A stretch of DNA of 63,906 nucleotides, counting the filler, from Dugesia japonica (Eukaryota): NCBI GenBank assembly GCA_001938525.1. It is 6 parts of 6 records of this genome, joined end to end, with 100 filler letters (N's around TTAATTAATTAA, not from the genome) between each part and the next. Parts side by side here need not be neighbours in the genome. Positions count along the whole stretch, not along the records: positions 43,922 to 55,437 come from MQRL01640716.1; positions 55,538 to 63,906 come from MQRL01615069.1; 4 more parts are not named here. One strand, written 5' to 3'. Made by a program: the position numbers and the translations under genes. The notes under the pieces are model-generated. The model was not told the DNA's origin. It did not search any database and saw only the letters and a list, made by a program, of their open reading frames with translations. Below, in pieces: positions 54,560 through 63,906 of this stretch; position 1 is the stretch's first letter, and each line of letters opens with the position of its first letter.

Positions 54560-55327
54560 GAATGAAATACCCTATGAAGAAACGGTGGCAAATGAATTAC
54601 ATCATGAATATAAAAAACCAAAACAATTTTTAAAAGTGCAAGTAAGCGCTCCTGATGAAATTTGGTCTGCAGATTTAACATTTCATAATAAGAGAGTAAT
54701 ATTAACTGTGATTGATCTTTATACAAGATTTGCTTTTGTTGAACTTTGTCAAAATAAAACCGGTCTATAGGTTACTAAAGCATTTGAAAGAATTCTAGAA
54801 AATAATATTTACACTCCAAATAATTTATGGGTTGATCATTCATCATTTACTACTTTTTGTGAAGAAAATAATATTAACCAATATTCTACTCATAATGAAG
54901 GAAAGGCAGTTGTCATTGAAAGATTTAATAGAAAATTTAAAAACAAACTTTTTAAGCATTTTACTGCTGTTGGGAATCAACAAATTACAGATGGTCTTTT
55001 ACAAAAAATTTTAGATAACTATAATAACACAATTCACTCATCAATCAACACAACTCCAAAAGAAGCATACAAAACTGGAGAAACAAAAGAAGAAGTTCAA
55101 AATGAAATATATAAAAAACCTAAGTTAAAAATAGGAGATCGCGTGCGAGTATTTCTTACTAAAAAAATATTTTAGGAAAAGCATATAGATTTAAATGAAC
55201 AGTTAAAATTTATACAGTGACAAAAAGATATTTAACAATTCCACCAACATATCAAATCACAGATTTTAATGGGAAAAAAATTCTTGGAAGATTTTATGAG
55301 AATGAGTTACAAAAAACTTCTCTGTAA
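54543..55327 (+). pseudogene. Polinton retroviral-type (rve/DDE) integrase, disrupted
   Basis: ANELH, EIWSADL, LTVIDLYTRFA, LWVD, VIERFNR, YNNTIHSSI.TTP, KIGDRVR and GRFYENELQK. Stop at 54768, apparent deletion after LWVD, frameshift near 55175. Confidence 0.9.
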
Positions 55328-55332
55328 AAAGG

Positions 55333-55437
55333 ATGAGTAATTTTGTTTGGAAAAAAGACAAAGTAATTTTTAAAAATAAAATTTTTCCTAGTAATTTTAG
55401 ATTGTTGATAATTGGATCTTCTGGTTGTGGAAAAAAT
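55333..55437 (+). CDS. Polinton packaging ATPase (FtsK/A32-like), N-terminal fragment
   Basis: MSNFVWKK...FPSNFRLLIIGSSGCGK Walker A; starts 5 nt after the integrase stop; truncated by the spacer. Confidence 0.8.
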
Positions 55438-55537
55438 NNNNNNNNNNNNNNNNNNNNNNNNNNNNNNNNNNNNNNNNNNNNTTAATTAATTAANNNNNNN
55501 NNNNNNNNNNNNNNNNNNNNNNNNNNNNNNNNNNNNN
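55438..55537. other. Artificial scaffold spacer
   Basis: N44-TTAATTAATTAA-N44. Confidence 0.95.
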
Positions 55538-55604
55538 TGTAACATGTTGATAATAAAAATGATTTTGAAATGTCAAAAATGATTTCAACGAGGAGGTTAA
55601 ATCT

Positions 55605-56260
55605 TTGAGCAGATGGAGTTTCAATACATCTATACCATATCAAATGCCGAACCTGTTTGATTCGGTGGAAGAATATGGAACACAGAGAGAACCATGGTGG
55701 CAATATGAGGACCTCATCAGGCTTAGAGACTTGGAAATTGTAGGGTTACGAAGCAAAATCGAAGGATTAAAACGAGAGTTAGAACAGAATGAAACATGTG
55801 AAGTCTTATTAAATCAAAATCAAAACTTGATGAATCAAGCACTCGCCAATCTCATAGAAAGGTTATCAGATCATCTCAGACGGCCACCAAAGATATACGA
55901 ACAAGGAACGGTATCCAAGTTAAACTTTTTGGCTCATAATAAAGTAGCAGAACGTTTGGTCTACAAAAAAACAGTAGAACTAGAGTAAAAAGATTGAGGA
56001 AAGAGCTAAAAGACTCGAAAGAGAATACAACAGTCAAACGGAAATTGTCGAGGCTATGTGAAAGATTAAGTTTAAGCCGCAGGCGCGAGTTGACGTTGAT
56101 CAATAACAATAGAATGTTAGCCAATATTATTAAGAGCTACGTGGACCGAGAAGTCTCGGTGCTCGCCAATATCAAAACTCTCTGGAGTGAGTATGACGGA
56201 CAGAAGATTACAGAAACAGATTTTGTTATCATCGAAGAGATCATCTTTGGGTCACCGTGA
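55605..56260 (+). CDS. Intronless coiled-coil ORF pair, probably one frameshifted ORF of mobile or viral origin
   Basis: Two abutting ORFs (127 and 88 aa) with heptad-like Leu spacing and higher GC than the flanks; no recognised domain. Confidence 0.4.
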
Positions 56261-57870
56261 TATGTACATTGAAAATAGAAGTGTATTTATTCCTCGCCAA
56301 TTTAATTTACTTATACCCAAAGTTCAAAAAAACAGAAATAAGTAATGTAAAGCGCATTAAAATACTAAGGTCCAACGAAATAAATCTGAGCGGGAACATC
56401 CCAAGTCGATTTTCATAAGACGGGATACAGCATACCCCGTATTGACCACGGGGTAGATAATAAACACACGAGGTATTGACAAATTTCTATCGGCTTCGGA
56501 ATATTTATCCCTAGAAACGCGGTTCAATCGATAATAACGGAATGACGTGAAATGAAAAGAAAGAATCAAAATAACATCGAAAACCTCGAAGCCCAACAAA
56601 AATAGTGATTGATTAAAACTATAAATATATAAATTATGTGAATGTAATGTACTGAGTCATATTTTTTACTCTTAGAATTCTGAAAATAGCTTAATTACAG
56701 GTGGGAAAACGAGTGATATTGGTTTGAGAAAACGAAACAACCAAGATAGTAGTAGTAATTAGTAGTGGAAAAAATCTAAGGATAGTTTTTAAACTCTTTT
56801 TAGATATAATTCTGAAACTCATTGTTTTATTCGCGGATAAATTAATTTTGAGCTATCGTTTGATTACAGTTTACCTACAGGTTAAACAAGAATTTCCCCA
56901 TACAAAGAAGGATTGAAAAAGTGACAATCATTTATTTATATCACAGTTTGCACTTTTAAAATGATATGATGAAAATCCGGCCATCCCTCCCAGAGAGAAA
57001 TATTAGTTTGACAAAATTGTTTTATTATGAGATAATATGCCATCAACTATGAAATGTTTTATATAAGTTACTCCAGATTAAGAGAAATTTATTTCCACAG
57101 TGATGCTCCACTTCTCCGTTTATGTTAGAAACATGCTTCATACATGTTTGTGTATGTGGCATGTTCGAGATATGGGTTTCATCTTATTTAATTTTAGAGT
57201 TTTACGTAATTAAATTAGTAAAATTTACTATTTAACAACTTTTATTAATGAAGTGGAATTTTTCCTTATATATCTATTAAAATTGAATAAATTCCATAAT
57301 CAATTTTATTTAAATGTTAAAATTGATTACAAAATATACTGATAAAATATCAAAATATCATAAAAAACCCTACAAATAAATAAAAAGAAAAATGTCGATT
57401 TGCCATGTAACCACTTTTAGTATATTAAAATTATTTTAGTAATAAGCTTTTATACTAAACGCCTAAGAATCTTTTAGATCCATATTTTTGAATAAAAATA
57501 ATCAATTAAGTGAAATCAGAATATCTTACTGTTTTTTAATTTAATTATGTAAATATGCCATTATAACAAAATATCTCGTTTGTAAGAGCAACATTTAGCA
57601 TGATGCTTATGAATGGCTAAGCCAAATATGCTAGTTCCACGTGCAAATTATTAAAGTAAATTGTTAATATCAAATTTGAATGAGTTTTGTTATCTTTAAA
57701 TTTTCATAATTAAGCTTTTAAATGCAAAAATTTAAACATGTTTTCTTGATATTTAACAACTCGAAATGGAAATCATTAACACTTAAATTTCAAATATTTT
57801 TGGAAATGTATTTTAGATAAATTAAAAATTCAAAAGAAAACTTGGAAATGTATTTAGAATAATTACAACA

Positions 57871-58971
57871 TTATTTGGCTTTTCTTTTTTTTGATTGTTT
57901 CTTACTTAATTTGATATGAGAGTTCTGTGGATTTTCCATAACCTTTTAAAAATTTGTAATTATATTTAATTAAATTAATTACGTTATACATTTTTAATAT
58001 TTTTTCTATTGATTTTTTCCAAGAATTCTGTAGCTTTTCGTTTTCTATTTGCTTGCAAATTCGAATTATCAGTACAATTTACAGGTTGTTGTTGTTGACA
58101 ATAAACTACCATAAAATAATGATAACTAATCAATGATTGCACTGTTACTCACAATTTTGGCGGCCGATTTCTTCAGCATTAATTAAACATGAAATATAAT
58201 CAGTAACTGTAACCAATTTCTGTTCAACAGGACTTGCAATTATACGGCTTTTATGACTTTCAACAGTTAGTTTCGGTGCTGACTGAATATTTCCAGAAGG
58301 AACCTTTTTAATGAAATCTTCCCATTTTGGATAATGATTAACAATTGGCATCTTAACATTCTGTTGGGTATCTACTAATTTATTTAAACATCAATTAAAC
58401 AAAACCAAATCATAAATTAAAAGAATTTTTTATTTGTATTTTTATAATTTCAAATTTAAAAACACACTATTTGATTTTTTGGCTCGGGATAGACAATGCT
58501 GATAAAAACTATGATTTTGATTATCGGGATCAAGAAATTTCAGTTTATCACTTTTACTCATGATTGCATATTCAAATTCACTGCCGTGCTTCATTATATA
58601 ATCTACAAATTTGATTGTAATGCAAAGTTGCTTTCTCCTTTCAATATTTTCTTGCTTCAATCTAGAAATCGATTTACATGTTTTCTTCACTAATCAACCA
58701 TAATACTTTTCAATTCTTGCACTTTCTTCTTGGTCTTTTTGATATTGTTCAACGCCTGCTTTGGCAGCATAAGCTGCGGCATTTATCGCCAAAGATTTAG
58801 AATCTTCTTGGATTTGAAGTTGATTTGATTCTTGAAGCATTGGAGTATTGTTGTGTACTTGGTAGTAATAATTGTAATAATATGTATAATATTTTTCATA
58901 AAGGCTTTTGTATAATTTTTCTTTCGTGTCTTCTATTTCATCTGGAGAAGTGACATCGAATTCCTTGTTAT
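57871..58971 (-). CDS. SFSWAP: SFSWAP (suppressor of white-apricot)-like SURP splicing factor, last five exons
   Basis: Exons 58971-58707, 58661-58468, 58371-58153, 58105-57990, 57942-57871 (introns 45, 96, 47, 47 nt; phases consistent). SURP domain IKFVDYIMKHGSEFE...KFLDPDNQNHSFY; LQANRKRKATEFL recalls SFSWAP LQAERKRKAALFL; ends in basic KKQSKKRKAK*. Confidence 0.72.
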
Positions 58972-59208
58972 CTGAGAGATAACATCATTGGTAAAATCAA
59001 GAGAATTTTTAAAATTTAAAAGAATATCGACAAAACAATATCAAAATTTGAATTATGAAAAAATAACAATTAGAAAAATTTCTTTTCTAAATATAAATAT
59101 ATAAAATATTAAAAATATATTAATATTAACAACTATTAAAAAATTATTTTTCTTCGTTATACTTCAATGTTTTGATAAAATTAAATTATAAATCAATATT
59201 AATATATA

Positions 59209-59419
59209 TCAGATCTGGCCAACCCAATTGATCTTGAGGACCACTTTGAAAATTCATTATAATTCTACGGGCCGCATGTATATATGAAGATTTAGAACAC
59301 AATAAATCATTATTATTTTTTATTATTATTGACAATTTTCATTACAACACTAAAAAGACAAATAATGCACAAATTAAACATATTTTTCAAATAGTCTCGA
59401 ATCTCATTGGCCACTCCTG
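59209..59419. mobile_element. hAT-type MITE
   Basis: CAGATCTGGCCAA ... TTGGCCACTCCTG imperfect TIRs, internal GGGCCGC motif, TATATA flanks. Confidence 0.55.
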
Positions 59420-60279
59420 ATATAGATAATGTGTTACAATTAATATATAATCATTTCCATGTATAATAAACTCAAAATTTATAAAGCAACATAGTCTATA
59501 AAAACATGAAAAATAATCTGAAACAATTTTAATTTGTCATAATCGATAAATGTAATAAGACACAAATTTTAGTTGGAATATTCGTTCAAATATTCAAAGA
59601 CAAGTGATAGGTTATATGTAAAAATTAATTTGTTATTCAACCAATTCCAGCTCAAAATATTTGATTTTTTAATAAAGTTCCAACAATATATTAATTTAAT
59701 AAAACTATATCACAATTGCAGTCAAAAGTGTTTTTGTTCGTCTTTTTATGCGATTTTTTTTTGAGCAGTATATAAAAAAATCGGATAAAAAAGAGCGCAC
59801 TAAAACAGGTTTAACTGCAGAATATCTCACAAATTTTGGAAAAATCGAAATTCACATTTAATATTAATAACAAAATATAATCCGTTTATTTTATAAGCGA
59901 ATAAAAGTTTTCAAATTCTTAATATTAATGTCAACTTTTGAGACGATTTATTAGGTTGTTACACCGTATAAATGATTAATTTAAATCGTTATTTTTGTAA
60001 TTTTAGGCAATTTCAAAATTTTATTAAAATTATAAATGAAACAGAAAACTAATGAAACATTTATATAATATCAAATGATTAATAAAGTTTTTATTTAACT
60101 CAAGATAAAATTTCTATGATCTCCATTAGTTGCACGTATGATATTCAAACCATACGAAATTTCTGTAAATGGTCTTATTATTTTGACTTCATAACTACAG
60201 CGTTAGTTATCCTTTGTTTCAGGTTAACTATATTCTTTAACTTGGTCTGAAACACAGCAGTTTCACGTAACCGCACAAG

Positions 60280-61645
60280 AAAACTTCATTGGAGTTACAT
60301 CGGAGGAACAAGGTGGCCACAAAATATGGCCATCTCTTCCTATCCAGCGATCATGAAAAATTAAAAAAAAAAGTGACGAATATTTTTCCCATTTGAAGTG
60401 GTGCGCCATCTTGCTGAAAGATACTATTAGGATGTAGCTCTTCCAATTGTACATTCATATTTAATTACCTTTGAAAAACTTTTTAAAATTAAAAAAATTA
60501 TTTTATATCCAAAAAATTATAATTAATTAAAAATTTTTTAATTTTTTGGATATAAAGTAATTTTTAAATTTTTTTGAAATTTTAATTTATTTTCAAAATT
60601 TTTTATAGGTTTTGTATTTAATTATTATGTTTTGAAAAAAATTTCAATTTTCAAAATTTTTGAAAAATTTTAATATAATCTAAAATTAAAAATTTTTAAA
60701 TATTTTGGTAAAACAACTTTGATTTTATCGGTAACAGTAATAAAATATTATTATATAAATTAATTTTTTTTGAAAAATTGTTAAAAAATTTTAAAAATTG
60801 AGAATGTTTTTTTAAAACAAATTAAGAATTATAGCCGTCTTATATTCAGTATAATTAATCTTTGTTTGAATAAAACTTCATTAGAGTTACATCGGAGGAA
60901 CGAGGTGGGTACAAAATTGGGCCATCTCTTCCTATCCAGCGATCATGGAAAGTTTTATAAAAAAAGTCACGATTATTTTTCCCATTTGAAGTGGTGCGCC
61001 ATCTTGTTGAAAGATACTATTAGGATGTAGCTCTTCCAATTGTACATCCATATTAAATTACCTTTGAAAAACTTTTTAAAATTGAAAAAAAATTTACAAA
61101 TTACTTTATATCCAAAAATTTTTAATTAATTAAACTTTTTGGATATAAATTAATTTTTAAATTTTTTTGAAATCTTAATTTATTTTCAAAATTTTTTATA
61201 GGTTTTGTATTTTATTATTATTTTTTGAAAAAAATTTCAATTTTCAAAGGTTTTGAAAAATTTTAAAATAAAATAAAATTAAAAAATTTAAATATTTTGG
61301 TAAAACATCTTTGATTTTATAGGTAACAGTAATAAAATATTATTAAATAAATTAATTTATTTTGAAAAATTGTTAAAAAATTGAGAATTTTTTTAAAAAA
61401 ATAATTTAAATATTTATTATTTTTATTTTATTATTATTTTTTGAAAAAAATTTCAATTTTCATAGGTTTTGAAAAATTTTAATATAATCTAAAATTAAAA
61501 AATTTTAATATTTTGGTAAAACATCTTTGATTGTATAGGTAACAGTAATCAAATATTATTATATAAATTAATTTTTATTGAAAAATTGTTTAAAAATTAA
61601 GAATTATAGCCGTCTTATATTCAGTATAATCGCATTAATCTTTGG
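60280..61645 (-). mobile_element. Tandemly duplicated Tc1-like transposase fragment plus AT-rich arm
   Basis: Two copies (~60280-60865 and ~60873-61645) each encode FQQDGAP...RWIGRDG and one WPPCSSDVTPM (cf. WPPRSPDLTPLDF); the second has a further internal duplication. Confidence 0.8.
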
Positions 61646-61653
61646 TTTTTTGT

Positions 61654-61683
61654 CTGATGATGACTGTTGATCCGTCGAAATAT
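61654..61683 (+). ncRNA. Hammerhead core remnant abutting a Tc1 MITE
   Basis: CUGAUGAU-GAC...GUC-GAAA-UAUA followed directly by TACAGGGTG. Confidence 0.5.
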
Positions 61684-61684
61684 A

Positions 61685-61936
61685 CAGGGTGTTAGTTAAA
61701 CATGGCGCAAAAATTTAAGGGATTTTTCCTTGGATGTTTATACATATAAATATATCATTATTTGTATAAAATGATTTTTTTTTGGATGCAATTCTCTATA
61801 TTATGTGTATTGAAATTGTTTGTTTTTAAATCTTTAAATGTGTGTATCTTTGAAACGAGACGACCTAGCATAAAGTGTTACTGTAAAATAAGACAGGTAA
61901 TAATTCCTTAAATTTTGTCCCCATGCTTAACTAACA
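61685..61936. mobile_element. Tc1/mariner-type MITE
   Basis: TA-CAGGGTGTTAGTTAAACATGGCGCAAAAATTTAAGG is mirrored by CCTTAAATTTTGTCCCCATGCTTAACTAACA. Confidence 0.65.
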
Positions 61937-62005
61937 ATAAAGTTTTATTTTAAATGGCGTTACTTATTTTTTAGTAAAAATAAATATTGAATAAATCAAA
62001 AAAGT

Positions 62006-62035
62006 CAATTCCTGACGAAAACAAAGTCGAAAATT
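62006..62035 (+). ncRNA. Degenerate hammerhead motif (family A)
   Basis: CAATTCCTGACGAAAACAAAGTCGAAA followed by the family's GATCGAAGCTTTT tail. Confidence 0.5.
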
Positions 62036-63086
62036 AAAATTATTATAAAAAACAAAAAAAAAGAATATTGATCGAAGCTTTTATTTTAATGAACCTTCAT
62101 TAAATTTATAATAATTTAGATTTTAATAGCAGTATCATTAAATCTATTAGAATGAACCTTTCGTAAGCATATAAATTAATATATTTTAAAAAATTTGAAA
62201 TAGCGGCCAATGAATACTTACCGCCACCGACATTTTCAACAAATTCCGCTATGTTGGGGTAAGTTGTTAGGCATTTAATTGTATAAATCGTTATGAAATA
62301 TGAAATTTACTCAACTCTAACCCAACAATTAGAAAATGCTTATTCGTCATGAATATTGTCCACTCCATGTTAATGCGAATTGTAGAGCTAGATACTGATT
62401 TGTTAATAGCAAAGTTTCACTTAAATTTTTGATAAACATTCTATTTGAAACAATAAGATTAAAAAATAACCAGTTATGATTTGGCTGCTATCGCAATTTA
62501 CTGCCTTTTCATTTCCTTGGGAATCAGCTCTACCATTTTTATCAACAGATCTAAAATTACATTTAAAATGTAATCATTGCCACATAGTAAGTACAAAGAT
62601 AGTTCATAAATTATGGATCACACTTCAAACAGAATAATACAACTAAGTGATAAATAATAATTCCTCATAATAAATAACTTCAACTTTATTTTTATCTCAA
62701 ACATTTTCGTACTATATCAATTAGTAAAGAAACACCTTTCCATTTTTAAATGAATAGTATCAATTTTTGACAAACTTAAGTTTTTATAAAACGAGAGTAA
62801 TTAATTAAATATTGAAGTAACTCAGTGTTCCAAAAAACTTAAGCTCTTTAAAGGCCACAATAAAAAATGACAAATAATTAAGATAAAAAGAAAATGAGAT
62901 TTTTTATTGATGACCTGATTATGACAGAATGAAATAAAGTAAATTTAATTTAAAGTTAATAAAATGTCACACTACAATTGTATAAATACTAATAAATTTC
63001 CAAGATAATAAAAATAGAGCGTAGAAGTTACTTCCAACTTAGCAGTAATCGCATGCAGTCATAGTGTCATTATTATTATTACTTTG

Positions 63087-63150
<64 letters not shown>

Positions 63151-63254
63151 NNNNNNNNNNNNNNNNNNNNNNNNNNNNNNNNNNNNNNNNNNNNNNNNNN
63201 NNNNNNNNNNNNNNNNNATGGCAATTTATTGATAAATACTGAAACACGCAATAT

Positions 63255-63294
63255 AGCTACAATTTTCGACAGTATATCTGTCATCTTCAGGAAA
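63255..63294 (-). ncRNA. Hammerhead motif (family B) inverted next to a Penelope ORF
   Basis: CUGAAGAU-GACAG(AUAUA)CUGUC-GAAA; near-identical to the 16374-16414 copy. Confidence 0.65.
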
Positions 63295-63329
63295 ACGGTT
63301 TTAAACTGTTTTATTAATCATTTCATAAG

Positions 63330-63906
63330 ATAAATTTTCTACAAATGATTTGGAATATCCGTTTTTATTTAATAAAGACATCAAATTTTGAACATTTTTA
63401 CAAGACTTCGAATAGGAAGAAGAGAGAATATCTATATATTAATTCTTTAGTCATATTAAATTTATAACGAGATTGTAGAAAGATTATTTTATGAAACGAT
63501 TAAAAAATTGTTAATATTGTTAAAACTGTAATATTAATCCAAATGATGTTATTAAGGAAGGAGATAAATCTAATAACATTGATAAAATAAGTTGTTTAAA
63601 AATATTCCTTATTTTGAAGGCTTTAAGGATTTTAAAAATGGTTTGCTAAAATTTTCAGTAAATGTCCCAAATTTTAAAATTGTCTCCCGGTCTTTTAAAA
63701 TTATAAGTGCGTTCAGTAATAAGTCTAAGACTCCTTATGGGTTGGTTTCTAATCTTATTTATAAATATGAGTGTAATGGGTGTAATGCCAAATACATTGG
63801 AAAGAATTCCCGTCATCTCTATAAAATAATTCATGAACATAGTCGGTTAGGTAGTCCCAGTAATATTGCAGAACATAATATTCATTGTAAATCAATTATA
63901 AATATT
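63330..63906 (+). mobile_element. Penelope-like retroelement remnant with GIY-YIG endonuclease
   Basis: LVSNLIYKYECNGCNAKYIGKNSRHLYKIIHEH at ~63735-63840 (xIY-CxxC-YIG...EH); upstream RT-thumb region is decayed; runs off the window. Confidence 0.8.

Larger units (their letters stand above)
50821..55437 (+). mobile_element. Polinton/Maverick (adintovirus-like) endogenous element, left portion
   Basis: Starts AGATAGATA, then ~36-bp subterminal repeats (50990-51090), tightly packed intronless same-strand ORFs, MCP, PLA2, integrase and ATPase; cut by the scaffold end. Confidence 0.9.

Noticed and set aside
53461-54770. In-frame stops in Polinton genes as an alternative genetic code or readthrough
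   Set aside because: TGA, TAA and TAG all occur alongside frameshifts and a deletion, and host genes read cleanly in the standard code; decay is simpler.
55538-56260. ORFs after the ATPase as a continuation of the Polinton
   Set aside because: Separated by an artificial spacer, and no Walker B or other ATPase sequence follows.
56880-57180. Possible decayed DDE/Sola-like transposase on the minus strand
   Set aside because: Resemblance too faint to support without a profile search.
62170-62560. Candidate upstream exons of the SFSWAP-like gene
   Set aside because: Plausible splice sites, but no recognisable SWAP N-terminal or SURP motif.

Overview
This is very AT-rich animal genomic DNA, not prokaryotic. 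The window is six separate scaffolds joined by an artificial 100-bp spacer (N44-TTAATTAATTAA-N44) at 12733, 25975, 34686, 43822 and 55438, so neighbourhoods only hold within a segment. Host genes I could splice by hand: a complete 7-exon glutamine synthetase II; the first three exons of an alpha7-like nicotinic acetylcholine receptor on the opposite strand, with the GS gene apparently inside its intron 3; a complete but strongly divergent beta-tubulin (GGGCGGG signature, no acidic tail); the 3' part of an SLC22-type MFS transporter; and the 3' part of an SFSWAP-like SURP protein with no RS domain. Most introns are 43-58 nt with weak splice signals, consistent with a compact invertebrate genome such as the orthonectid Intoshia (inference only). 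Mobile DNA: the left ~4.6 kb of a decayed Polinton/adintovirus (major capsid protein, Zn-finger+parvovirus-type PLA2 probably fused to a retroviral-type integrase, packaging ATPase) inserted into a pogo/Tigger transposase; two decayed Ty3/gypsy elements; mariner, Tc1, hAT and piggyBac remnants; and a Penelope-like element. Its minimal type I hammerhead ribozyme motifs are scattered across the window, including a ~200-bp hairpin carrying two back-to-back copies. All calls come from manual reading and motif recall; no database searches were run.
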